Shown here piece by piece: positions 1 through 11,814 of a DNA stretch of 64,000 nt. Both the position numbers and the translations under genes were made by a program. Source of the DNA: Moniliella sp. 'wahieum' (taxonomy: Eukaryota); assembly GCA_003971905.1 (NCBI GenBank), contig RSEE01000004.1:248001-312000 (forward strand), given 5' to 3'. The notes beneath the pieces are model-generated. The model was not told where the DNA came from. It worked only from the letters and a program-made list of their open reading frames with translations, and made no database searches. Within the stretch, counting starts at the first letter, position 1. Each line of letters opens with the position of its first letter.

Positions 1-680
1 TTCTCAATGCCGTCGAAGAGGGCAAGGCCATCTTTGGCAACATTCAGAACTTCCTTGCTTTCCAGCTTTCCACCTCGATCGCCGCGCTTTTCCTCATCCT
101 CATGTCCATCATGTTCGGTATGGCCTTGCCGCTCAATGCGATGCAAGTTCTTTTGATCAATCTCGCCTGCGATGGTCCGCCCGCCAGTCCTCGGTGTCGA
201 TCCCGCCGACGCATCGTCTTTCGCAAGCCGCCCCGGCCCAAGAACAAGCCTGTGCTCGACAAGCGTGTCTTCTTTGACATTCTCTTTTCCTCTGCCATAT
301 CTTGGGTGGCACGCTGTTTGTCTACCTGCACGAGGCTGCCGTCGACGGCACGCCGGACGAGCGCGACATGGCCATGACGTTTGTCACCTTTGTTTCCCTC
401 GACTTGATCACGGCGGTGCAGTGCCGCGGGCTTCACGTGGGTCTGTTTGCCAACCGGGTAATGACCATCACCCTCTCCGTGTCGTATGTGGTGCTGGGCG
501 CGTTGATCTACTTCCCCCCGCTCCAAGCCATCTTCCAAACCATCCGCTCTCGTTCCCCGACCTGTTGTATGGGCGGGCCTGACCGGCATCACGTTTGCTC
601 TGCACGGCGTGCGCCGCAACCTGCAACGCAAGCGTGAAGCCAGCCTCGACCTCGCGCCATGGGAGGCCCAGGTCGCTTGA
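1..680 (+). CDS. PMR1: P-type Ca2+/Mn2+-transporting ATPase (SPCA/PMR1 family), 3' end only
   Basis: Stitched translation LNAVEEGKAIFGNIQNFLAFQLSTSIAAL...LNAMQVLLINLACDGPPA(Q)SLGVDP...RDMAMTFVTFV...YFPPLQAIFQT...WEAQVA*. FQLSTS and DGPPAQSLGV are SPCA signatures. TGA at 678-680; several indel frameshifts. Confidence 0.9.
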
Positions 681-1730
681 GGCACGCACCTGCCACCTGG
701 TGAGGCGAGTGCAGCAACCTCCCCGGAGCACCTGAGCACCTAAGCCCAACCAACTCTACCCTTCCACATGGCATGCTCCTTCCCTTTCATCTGCTTGATT
801 TCTTATGGACCGACCCTTTTTGCTGTGGGGGCCCTGCCCTCTTTTCTCTTGCTTTGCCATCTGGGCCCCCGTCCAGATTCTCATCTGGACCGTTTATGCT
901 AGGCGTGCTCTCGTTGGATGTTTGCCTGCACACCGCAAGACAGTACCTACCACTAATCCTCATCAGCATCAGTCTCTCTCATTCATCTTGACCCCGGGCT
1001 TGGGGTTGGGGGTTGGGTTGGGTTGGGCGACCGCGGCTACGTAGTGTTGTAGGGCAGAGCGAAGGTCGGAGGGGGGAAATGTGGTGGAGGTGTCATAAGT
1101 GTATAGGTTTTTGCACGGCCAGGAAATCAGTTTGGCTAAAGCGGACACGAACGCCACAGGAATGGCGTTGATGACCTCGATGGCCGGTCACGTCGGTCAC
1201 GCGGGGACTGGCCACTGTTATAGGGCTGTGAAGATGGTACTTCCCTAGACAAGAACGCTCTGCGAAGCTAGCACCGAGCCATGGCTCTGTCTTCTTGCCG
1301 GTACTTTCTTGCCGTCCGAGTAATGGAATCTAAATCTACTGTGGTCGCTTCCCCTCTTTTGTATGCCCTCCACGACTGCCACCGCTTCTACTCTAGTAAT
1401 ACGGTTGGTTCACCGTTTACCGTGTACCGTGCACCGACATCTGTGCTCGTGATCAGCTAGCTCGCCATCTCTTCTTTCAGTCAATCGGGGCCATTTGATT
1501 GAAGTCAGTGGGCCATGGCACGACACAACCGATTGCTCGGTCGTATGCGCAGTCTCAGGACTGGGAGAAGCAGGGAACAGAAGGAGGATCGGGGGGGCCA
1601 GTTGACCAATCAAAGTGCACAGAAACAAAACGTGAACAGCTAGGTGTGGGGGGGGGTCAGTTAGATGCGAAAGAAGGTTGGTTCGCTCGACAAGGAAAGA
1701 AAAGTGGGCGGATAGAACAGAGTCCAGGGG

Positions 1731-1781
1731 GAAGAAGAACAGGAACAGAACAGACAGAACAAAACAGAACAGAACAGAACA
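1731..1781. repeat. (GAACA)n microsatellite
   Basis: gaagaagaacaggaacagaacagacagaacaaaacagaacagaacagaaca, just downstream of the NRPS-like gene. Confidence 0.75.
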
Positions 1782-1818
1782 AGCCGAGGCATAAGGGGCC
1801 AGGCGCAAGGCGCACGCT

Positions 1819-4800
1819 TCAACTTTTACTTGATCGTGCTGCCCGAGGCACCCAAAGATGAAGGCCGCGCTGGAACGGGAGAATGGGAGAAAGGAAGCCC
1901 GAACTCTTGCCCATCGGCTGGGCCAAGTTGAAATCCGATTCGCGCAAGAGGGGGGTCGACTTGCCCGTGGCCAAACCGTACTGGGCGCACGGAAACGCAT
2001 TTGGCGTGCGGGCCAGCCAGCATACACACACCCTGCTTCGGCAATCTCACCTGACGCGACAAGTGTGCTCGTACAGCATCGAATGCGGTTCCATGCTCGC
2101 ACCCGACAAGAGACGCGATCCTGTGCGCAACGCACAGCCGTCACCAATGGTCAATCGGTTAGACTAAACCGACCACGCGAGTTGATGTGGGCCACAACCG
2201 ACGCATCGTCCAGACTGACTTTGTTGCCCATCGTAACCAGCTCTGGTTCGGTGAGTTGCAAACTCGGCTTACCCCCGGCCCAGATAGCACAGTCCTTCCC
2301 GATCGTCGCGCCAAGGAGACGAAGGTAGAGCACAGCGTACCATGTGCCCGAGATGCAGCCCACAATCCGGCCGCCAAAGCCGCGGCCGAGCAGGCGCTGG
2401 AGAGAAAGATGCAACTGCCAGCGCTGGCAGTAGGATGACATGTCCCAATCGTACCGCCCTTCCCGCCGGCGACCAATGATCGCCCACTTGGTCACGATGA
2501 CCCAGCAAAAGCCAACAACGCCTGCGTAGTCATGATGACAATGAAGGCAAGCGCGATATACATACACCAACGCCGGGCGATACCAATGGTCCCCAAACAG
2601 GCCTGGCGCCTTGTGCTCGTAGTTCAACCGCGCCCGGTTCAGAATCACCACCGCAATCGGCGCCGGGGCCCCAGTAGACTGAGCTGAGCGCGGCCATAAA
2701 CACGTTGACCAGAACGATGAGGGGGTAGGGGAAAACAAAGTAAGGTGCTTTACGCTGGTAGAAAGCGCGGCCGAAGGGAGTGATCGTGTCCTCGCTCGGG
2801 GCCGACTTGCCAAAGCTGACCGGCTCGCCATGCTTAGCCCCCATCCAGACTGACAACGGCTCATAGTACCCGTTCCTGCGGGACAAGGCACCAGAGCCCA
2901 TGACCGCTTGTCGATCCACCGTTGTGCCGGGCAACAGAGTTACACGGTCAGCGATCATCGCCCCCGAGGCAATGGAGATTCGGTTAAATCCAATCGAGTC
3001 GGAGGTGAAAAGCTCCGAGCGCGAGCCAAACACTACATCGTCTCCAACACGAAGTAGCTCCGGGTCGGGGCAGTAGATACCGGAACCAGGCCAGTAGACC
3101 CTCCGACCTACCTGGGCGCCCATCGCACGATAAATGACCGAGGTCATCTCGTAGTGGGTACCAATAATGGCAAACCCGCCGCAGCTGAGGCTGGGAGAGC
3201 AGTTCCGTGCACATCCACCTGCGGAACAAAGCCCATTGGCTTGCATTGCGCATGGAGCCCTCCTGGTTGCGCCCAAGGAAAAGGCGCTTAACGAGAATGC
3301 CAAGGATCATGTTTGAGAGGGGGCATACAGTTTCGGACGATTCGGGCGACAAAGTGCCACCCAATACGCTGCGGATACGCAAACCATGAGACGACACCCT
3401 TAACCGAGTCGGTCTTGTTGAACAAAAACGGCTGCGACAACAGCATAAAGAGCGCGGCAAACCAAGGGATGTAGAAGGAAATGATCCCGTATTTGATAGG
3501 GAGACCGAGGCAAACAATGAGGAAAATGTTGGGTTGGGGAACCTCGCCCTTGTTGTACGCCGCAAACCCATCTGCCGAAGGTTCCTCGTGCGAGGAGGCC
3601 TGCGGCCCCCAAACTGTACCATCTGCTAAGTAGGCACCCGGGGCGATCTGGGTGAATGTGTTGACAATCGTGTGTCGCCAATCACCACAGGTTCAAGACG
3701 GAAGTAACAGTCACGCTCGACAGCAAAACCGCGAACCACACTTCGGTCGATTCGGGCCCCGTCGTGGATTGTGAGCAGGTCGTACTCTCCCAGTCTGGCG
3801 AACTTGTCGATTTTGACATCGTTTCCAATACGCGCGCCGAGGAGGCGGTAGTATGCAATGCGGAGCGACGGGGTAAGATTGAATAACCCCTTGCCCGACA
3901 TTGCAGTGATTGATGCACAATCCACCAGCGCAGGTGGTAATTGCACCACATGGGGTACTTCCCTGGGCGATATCGACCAATTACGACCCATTTGAACATG
4001 ATGGCAGCAACAGGACAAATGATACGAGAAGTGAGGCGGGCGGCAACAAGGAAGGCAAGCAGGACTCCGACCCGCTCCCAAAGTTGTCCGAAATGTAGTA
4101 GGCTGAGAAAGCAAGGCCTTGTAGGATCACAGTCCATGTCCAGGCTGCCTTGAGAGGGTACATGAACATAAGGGGAAGAATCTGGACGAAGAGTACCCAA
4201 GGATGGGTTTGACTGCGGGGCTTGTACCCGTGTGAGTGGAGGTAATCAGGAATATCCCCATCCTCTCGTACCATGGGCTGGGGAGCGGAGGAATCCATTT
4301 TTCTCGTCGAAGTACCCACTCGCCATATACTCATCGTCATCCGAGCCTAGCTGCTCGTCAACCAGACCAGCGATGCCGATGATGTCGAGTTGGTGAATAC
4401 AGAAGCGACCTCCAAGCTCGCCCCCGTCTCCTTTTTGATGGAATGGATCAGACGGCCGAGAAGGAGCGAATTCCCCCAAAAGGAAAAAGTCGGAGTCGGC
4501 TGTAATGGCTCCAGAATCCATATTGAGAAGCTTGGCCACACAGTCCCGAACAGTTTGTGTCGAACGAGACATATCAGCTGCGTGTTGGGCGCGTACCTCT
4601 TCAGTCATTGTGCAAAGTCGAAACGGCCATCGCGGGTTCGAGCAAGGCGTTGGCGGAAGACGTGCAATGGGTTGGGGACAATGTATCCATCCAGCACCCC
4701 AGCTAAGGCACCGTCAATATCGCGGCATCGTACTCGGCATCCTCGTCAATATGGAGGAAGGCTTCTGGGGATCCATCTGGCCGCATCTGCACGGCCACCT

Positions 4801-6682
4801 CTTGCACTCCGGGAATGCGCGCGCAGGCCCGTTCGATGGAACTGAGGTCTACGCGCACTTTGCGGCAAGGGATGGGGGTGCTCAGCGGAGCATTTTTGTC
4901 AGGCGCTCTGGCCTCGAAGTGACGGTCCATAAGAAGTATCGTCAGCGAGAGGCTTGATGCCTAGCCGTTGACCGAGCTTGATACGGAGCGGTTACCCGCC
5001 TGATTCTTGGGCAATTCGTCCATGTACACAATGGCAACGGCCATTGGATGGGTGCAATGCGTTGCGTAGCGTATTTTGGAGTTCCATCAACCCGATCCTT
5101 GGCTGGTTAGGTGGGGACTACCACCACGCCAATAGTCTCTTGCAAAACCTTGTGATCAATCGAAAATGCAAGAGTTGCCTTAACCCGGTCGCGCACATGG
5201 GCTGTGATGGCCTCTTCGATCTCAAAGGGAGAGATGACTTCGCCACCTTTATTGATGATCTCTTTCGACCTAGACGTGACATAGAGGAAGCCATCGGCGT
5301 CCATGTGGCCTACGTCGCCAGTGTCGAACCAACCAGAGCGGGTGAAGCAGGATTGGTCGAGCTTCCCCGGCGCCACCTCGTATCCGTCAAATGTCGGTAG
5401 CCCTCGGACACAAATGGCGCCATCGACGCCAATTGGCAGTGGTTTCTCCAATGTACGAGGATCGCGAATCGACAAGTCCGGGCCACAGGCTATGCCCGAG
5501 CACCCGGGCCGCTCAGTTGGTATGTAACGGAGGGGGAAGCAATGGGCATGCACTCAGTCATGCCATACGAGGGCAGAATGGCACAGCGAAACGTATCCCG
5601 CATCTGGGTTGCAAGCGATGGAAGAAGGCCACCGGCAGCGTTGCAAATCATCTTGATCTTGATGTCGCGCGCGACATTGATCTCATTGGGCTTGGAGGCA
5701 AGAATGGCCTGGTGCATTGTCGGAGCAGCATAGTACCAAGTGGCACCGAGCTTGCGGACCAACGTCCACCACGAGGTAGCATCAAAGCCTGAGCACATGA
5801 TGGCGCTGCCGCATGAAAAAAGTGGAGCCCACAGATTGCGGATAATGCCGCCTACATGGAAGAGGGGCATCATGTTCACTGGACATATGGGGGTTAATGA
5901 ACGATGGACTTTAGGGTCAGGGTATGGAGGGGGACATACTGTTAACTGACTCAGGCTTAAGCTGCCAGGAGTCCACAACGCAACAAGTGCCGACGATCAG
6001 ATGGCGTAGCGTGTAGGGTACGACCTTTTTGGTGCCGGATGTGCCGGATGTGTGCAGGACAAGGGCCACGTCCTGTAGGCCGTTGGGCTGTAAGCGAGCG
6101 TGGCGGCGCGTCGAACGCGGCGCGGAGATGTTGTCGCCGTCGAGGACAGCCATGTCAAAGAGACCGGCTGGGCCAGAGAGGCGAAAATCGACAAAAATCA
6201 CCTCGAGCCCATCGCGGGCATAGCAAGACCAAAGATCAAGGCGTTCGATAGCATCGCGGGTGGTGACTATGGCACGGGCACGCAGGCGACGGGCATCGTC
6301 GCGCAGCTCCTGCGACGTGCAGGCCGCGTTGACGGGAGCAGCGGTATAGTAGGCGGAGATGGCCATGAGTGCCACCGCATTCTCCGGACCAGTGGGCAGG
6401 GCAACCATAACACGGTCGTTGCGGGCAAGGGGGGAGGCGCGGGGCGAGACGGGGAGCTGGAAGGCGGTGATGACGGAGCGGAGCATGTTGTGGTCGAGTG
6501 GGGGGGGTGGAGGTCGGGGGACCAGAGAGCGGGGCGGGGACTGGTGCAGAGACAGTCGAGGAGGGTGGAGATGCGGCCATTGTCGGTAACGTGAGCTGCC
6601 ACATGGTCGCCGAGGGAGGTGGTGGGCGCGGGGGGGGCAGATGGCCCAGCATCGAGAGCGGGTATGCGCCCGAGGACGCCAT
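1819..6682 (-). CDS. NRPS-like membrane polymer synthetase: adenylation domain + carrier (T) domain + three Pls/PosA-type TM/beta-helix C-terminal modules
   Basis: A-domain motifs: LVLHTSGTSGTKKVVP, NMMPLFHVGG, TWYYAAPTMH, ILPSYGMTEC, WFDTGDVG, SRSKEIINKGGEVISPFEIE, ELPKNQAGK. T domain: DSDFFLLG(G)NSLLLGRL, Ser codon 4467-4469. Three modules of the type KWxxIGR...YRxxGAxIG...EP(D/E)LxxxG, ending YAGWPA. Intron 5879-5939 (GTATGT..CATTAAC..CAG). ATG at 6682 (MASSGAYP); 3' end approximate. Confidence 0.88.
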
Positions 6683-8143
6683 CGCAGCCGAGGGCGGGGA
6701 GGGGGAGGGGGGAGGAGGAGGAGGAGGAGGGGAGGACAAGCGCAAGCGAAGGGCAAGGCAAGGGGGCGTGCGCGGGGAGGTGGTGCTGGGCGGGGGCTAG
6801 AAGCGAGCGGTGGCTTATGCTGGCCAGCGCCCAGCGCAGGGCCAGCAGCATCCAGCGTCGAGCAGCCACCCTCGATCAGCGGTCGCATCCATCATGCCTG
6901 CTCCCGCCTGCCCAGCGCTCGGGCTGCTCTGGCGCTGCGCTGCGGCACTGCCGCCCTGCCAGGCACACCGCATCTGCCGTCCAGCGGGGCTCCAGTGCCA
7001 GCCAACACCGCCCCCCTGCCGCCGCACGCGTGGCGGGATCGCCCCTCGCCCGCCACCAGTACGCTGCTGCTGTGCCTCGTGCTGCGCTGCTGTGCCTGGT
7101 GCAGGGCGCGGGGCGCCTGCCAGCCGAGCGCACACAGGCGCTGTCCAGGCGATCGCACGGCCATCGGGACTCCGGGTGGCAACGCAGCACACCTGGGCAG
7201 TGTCGCAGGTCGCGCCCGAACGCTCCAGGCGATCGCTGCTGCGCACTGCGTACTGCTGGGCGTTGGCGAGCCACTCGCGGAGGTCGAAGGCCCATCGGCT
7301 GCTGGTCACCGGTCACCGGTCACCAGTCACCGTCACCAAGGCCAGCCCAGCGACTAGCGACCCCAATTGAGGCACACCATCGGCAACATGCGTGCTCGGT
7401 GCGTACTGAGTACTGACGTACTGAAGATTGAATTGGTCATGCATGCCCCATAATCGATAATCGATAGTCATGCACATGGAAAACCTCATGCAGTCTAGTA
7501 TAACACTTGTTATTTTCTCGGCTTCATCATATCCCACTCATTTGTCCTCATTTCCTCCATTTCTGGCGCCAATTTTTGTTTGAAAGCTGGTACTTACAAT
7601 GGAAAAGCAGTAATGGGGCAGATGTTGGATACGCTGATACCCTGTTTTGCAAACGACTAAGGGCGCGAAAACGCGAAAGGCCCATAGATATTCAAACCGT
7701 TTGCCCCACCTCCGCGATACTAATTGATAGTATTAGGGACTAAAAGGACATCGATAGATCTTAGTCGTTTTGTAGCAGATCATTGATTGAACTAGTGACT
7801 ACAGTGACTATAGAGCCTGATGTCTAGGTGACTATTGCAGTTATTCAGGCACCAATTCTTGAGCCTCTTTCTCTCCCCCTACTCTTCCTTACATGCCGCG
7901 GGCGCCTTGCACCCGACGCCTTCTAGCGCCGTCGCCGGTCATCCGCCGTTCCTAGGAGGGTGCTCCAAATCCGAACTCCGAAAACTGTTCCCCTACCCTT
8001 CTATTCGCCCTTACACTTGCGTTTTGATGTGCGTGTCAGAAGAATGCTCCACATCATGATGCTCACTGAGCCGGGATTCCCATGTAATATTCCGCGGTAA
8101 TTCTGTGCCCCTCCGTGGTATTCCGTAGCTTGGATTCCGTGGC

Positions 8144-8249
8144 ATACCGTGTCCATACCGTGTCTATACCGTGCCCATACCGTGTTCATACCGTGCTCGT
8201 ACCGTGTTCATACCGTGCCTATACCGTGCCTATACCGTATTCATACCGT
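8144..8249. repeat. 11-bp minisatellite, ~9.6 copies of ATACCGTGYYY
   Basis: ataccgtgtcc ataccgtgtct ataccgtgccc ataccgtgttc ataccgtgctc gtaccgtgttc ataccgtgcct ataccgtgcct ataccgtattc ataccgt. Confidence 0.92.
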
Positions 8250-8453
8250 TGTATTCTATGGCATAAGTACTTTGAACGGTTGTAGTATAACGTGTAGGAG
8301 CGACAGAAAGCGCTGAGCAATTGCGGAAGCGAGAATATCACCCAAAGTTTCAATTCTGTCTGTCTGCTTAAAATGCATCCTGGTGGACTGGTGCTGTGAA
8401 CATGTGAGCAAAGGACAAATTCCTCCCCAAGGCACAAGATTAGATAGATTCCT

Positions 8454-9917
8454 GTGGAGACTTCAAGCACCAGAAGCTGGGGTACTCTGCATCACCTTGT
8501 CTTTATCACGCCCCGGCCCGACTTGGTCATCCGATGCGCTTTGTGCGTGCCTTCTCCTCATCCGCAAGGGCGAGTAACGGTACGGAGCGCACTGATCGAT
8601 GAGATCCTGTCGCGCGCACACCTACTACTCTCTGTGTGCCTGCAGAGCTTGAGCAAGCGGTGTACACGTACAACCAGAAGCTCAACGCCACCTTGCCGTC
8701 CCGCTCGTCAAGGACTTCTATTTCAAGCCTGGTTCTTCAGCCGAGCTCGCCTACCTCAAGGCCGAGGCCGAGCGCATTAAGGTTGACTTCACTTCTATCC
8801 TTAGTTGCGGGGACTTGAATGTTGCCTCAGCCGCTGTCACATCTACGGCTGAGGGCTCTGCCGACGGCTCTGGTTTGGCCGATAATCCTACTGTGTCCAA
8901 CCCTGTAGAGTCGGTGATGGACACCAGCACCCAGAGATCGGAAGAAGGGCTGATGCTGCTTCGATTGATTCGTATATTACCTTGCAATCGCGTTGGACAG
9001 ATGCAGATGAGAAGAACGATCAGACGTCGCTCACCGTGCAGGCGACCGGACTTTGTACTTGCTGGTTAACTCCGAAGATACCGGCAAATCATGAAGGTTT
9101 CCCTCAGACAGTGTAGACCTAACCACCAAAAGATCGAGTCGGTTCCGGACAAGAGCGAGGATGCTGCCGAGGACGCGATCGCATGGAGAAGTGACGCTAG
9201 CAACAGATTCTCTTCATGCTGCTGCCCCTCGCGCCGTGACCAAGGTTTTGGGCGAGACGATTGACGTATGGTTACTGAACAACTTACCCGTGGGCCACTT
9301 GACCGACCATGGAAAGGTGTGTTGAACAAGGCTGATCGAATGTGGAATGCTAACATTTCGTTCGCTCCAGATCTACTTCTTGGCCGGCCACGTGATTGCG
9401 GGCAATGCGGACAGAGATTGTGCGCAAGGCGGGCACAAAGTACGCATGGCTTAAACGCGAAGAAATTGAGCAACTCTTGACAACGGAGACGGAACGAGCG
9501 AGGACAAGGACTACTATGATAACATTGCCCACCTACTCAACGAATAGACCCATTCCACTTCCTTGCACGCATCATCGCACAGCTTCCACTTATCCACATG
9601 CTGGACATCGATCTAGCGATGGTCAACACAAGCCTCAGCAGCATAACCCGCTGGTTCCGCACGCCTGGCACTTACGAACAGCAGGCTTCAATGATTAATG
9701 ACCGGTCAGGTGATCGGTGAACGCGCTTCATGCACCCACGGCATGTTCTTCTCGACGTGAGCCTACATTGCAACCTTGTTTGAGGACATCTCCCATGGGT
9801 TGCATGCGTTCCAAGGGCAACGCCTATAATTCCAGATGGTTGGACGACGAGACTCTACCGCATGTCCATAGATTTGACCCCTACAAGGGTAGGCATGCAA
9901 TTTTATTTTGTGCATAG
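8454..9917 (+). CDS. Hypothetical protein or gene relic
   Basis: Protein-like segments across frames ([61 protein letters not shown]) and a plausible intron ~9317-9370 (GTGTGT..GCTAAC..CCAG). No domain recognised; ends uncertain. Confidence 0.35.
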
Positions 9918-10113
9918 GGCAGGCACAGAACCATCGCTCGAGCCGAGAAGCCCGCGCGACCAAGATCCGTCCAGGGGGTAAGGACCAGTGGGTACCTTAA
10001 CAGAGGGGTGGGCCGTATGGCCCTCAAATGGCGTTGAGAAGGAAAAAGAGCAGATTCTCGAACAACTCGGAAGAAGAAAAGCGGAGCGAGCAGGGCGATA
10101 CATCCCAGCCGAA

Positions 10114-10732
10114 TTAACGGTTGCTCTTGGCCACACGCTCAAGCTCATCCTTCTTCTAATGGCGTACGAGTTGGACGAACCCTTGGCGGCGTTGATCAGC
10201 TCGTCAGCAAGGCATTCCGAGATCGACTTGACGTTGCGGAAAGCCGACTCGCGAGTGCCAATAGTCAGGAGAGAGATCGCCTGGTTAACACGGCGAAGAG
10301 GGGACACGTCCACGGCCTGGCGGCGGACAGTACCACCCGAGCCAATGCGGGTCGAGTCCTCACGGGGGCCCGTGTTGATGATGGCGTCAACCAAGACCTG
10401 AATCGGGTTCTGGTCGGTAAGGAGCGAGATGATCTCGAACGCGTGGGCAACGATGCGGACAGCCATGAGCTTCTTGCCGTTGTTGCGGCCGTTCATCATC
10501 AGAGCATCAACGAGACGCTCAACAATGGCATCGAAGCCTTCTTGAACGCCTTGGAAGCGTACCGGCCAGCCGTGTGAGGAACGTAGACGGCGTTGCGGAG
10601 CGAGATGTAGTCCTGCAGCGACAGGTCCTTCACCTCGACGTCTTGCACGTCATACTTGCCGAAAAGCAGGACAGCGCCCTTAGGGGCGGCAACAGCCGCG
10701 GCCTCCTTGGGGATGGTTTGCACGGTCGCCAT
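10114..10732 (-). CDS. RPS5: 40S ribosomal protein S5 (uS7)
   Basis: MATVQTIP...[17 protein letters not shown]...[24 protein letters not shown]...[34 protein letters not shown]...[16 protein letters not shown] at 10114-10116; intronless. Confidence 0.98.
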
Positions 10733-11129
10733 CTTGATACTACTGGTTCGGGTAAAAAAGTACTGGAGTCAGTTCTTTGCTCTCCATCTTTTGGGCAGCG
10801 CAGAGAGTGAGGAGACCACGCCGCTCAACATCTGGCACCGCCGGCACCCTCGACAGGACGACTCACCTTGCTTGGCAGGACCGTCAAAGGTAGTTGTGTC
10901 GCGTTTGCATTAGCCACAAGCGAACCAGGGCCACCAGGTGGGACGCGCCAGAGATATGGAAATTCCGCCGAGCCGCAGCACTCTGGATTGACACTGGCTC
11001 CAAGCCGTATGTATTTTGATAAATTCAGTCGGGTATAACCCTAGTGTTCCCTGCGCTCCATGCGAGATTTGCCTGTCTTGATCGGCTTGACGAGACCACC
11101 TGTACCCACCTCTCCCAAGCCCTCTCAAG

Positions 11130-11400
11130 ATGGAAGCCGTTTCGAAGCAACCCGTTAAGCTGGCCAAGGTTACCAAGGTTCTCGGCCGCACTGGCTCGCG
11201 CGGTGGCGTGATCCAGGTGCGTGTTGAGTTCATGGACGACTCGACCCGCTCCATCATCCGCAATGTCAAGGGGCCCGTCAAGGTGGACGACATTCTTGCC
11301 CTCCTCGAGTCGGAGCGTGAGGCTCGGTATGTAGCCTGCTGCCTGCTCGCTTTGGATACGCTGGACTGACACCCTTGTTATTTACAGTCGCCTGCGCTAA
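11130..11400 (+). CDS. RPS28: 40S ribosomal protein S28 (eS28)
   Basis: [66 protein letters not shown]. Intron 11327-11387 (GTATGT..CTGAC..CAG) completes ...ARRLR*. Confidence 0.98.
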
Positions 11401-11814
11401 GCGGCACCTGGCGCTTATGTCCCTTCCCCCTACCCCTACCCCCAACTGGATTATTCAGGATGAAATCTCTATTCGTGCAGGGGGAAGGAGGAAGTCCTTG
11501 CGCCGCCGAAGTTCAGACGGAGGGAGACCTGCGCTCATGTCCCACCCACTCATCTCGGCCTCTTCCCGCTTACATGGTGTTATGCGTGAAGGGCATGCGC
11601 AGATATGTACTGGCCATGTCTCCCACCCCCGCTGGCAGTTGCGGTGGGAACTTCTTCACCCAAAATGGCCTGTACAGGCTTAGTCACCACCCATATGATA
11701 TGTGACGTGTTTCCCTGCTCATGGCTGGCTACTACGGAGGCCAAAGGTGAATAGGTGAAAGAGTGTGCACATTAAGTGTGGATCATTAGTACTTTTAGTG
11801 GCCACAAGGACCGG

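Noticed and set aside
1000..1028. (GGGTT)n tract as an interstitial telomere or G-quadruplex (also ~54835-54857)
   Set aside because: Short, not TTAGGG; ordinary microsatellite-level signal
787..1290. Small minus-strand ORF pair (AFVSALAKLISWPCKNLY.../LMRISGRYCLAVC...)
   Set aside because: May be a gene fragment, but there is no recognisable domain or clear start; not enough support to call
6619..7416. Long overlapping GC-rich ORFs (also 42323-43159, 52843-53853, 50019-50838)
   Set aside because: Low-complexity or antisense shadows caused by high GC; no domain signal
8144..8249. CRISPR-like array
   Set aside because: Contiguous 11-bp units with no unique spacers, in a eukaryotic context with no cas genes
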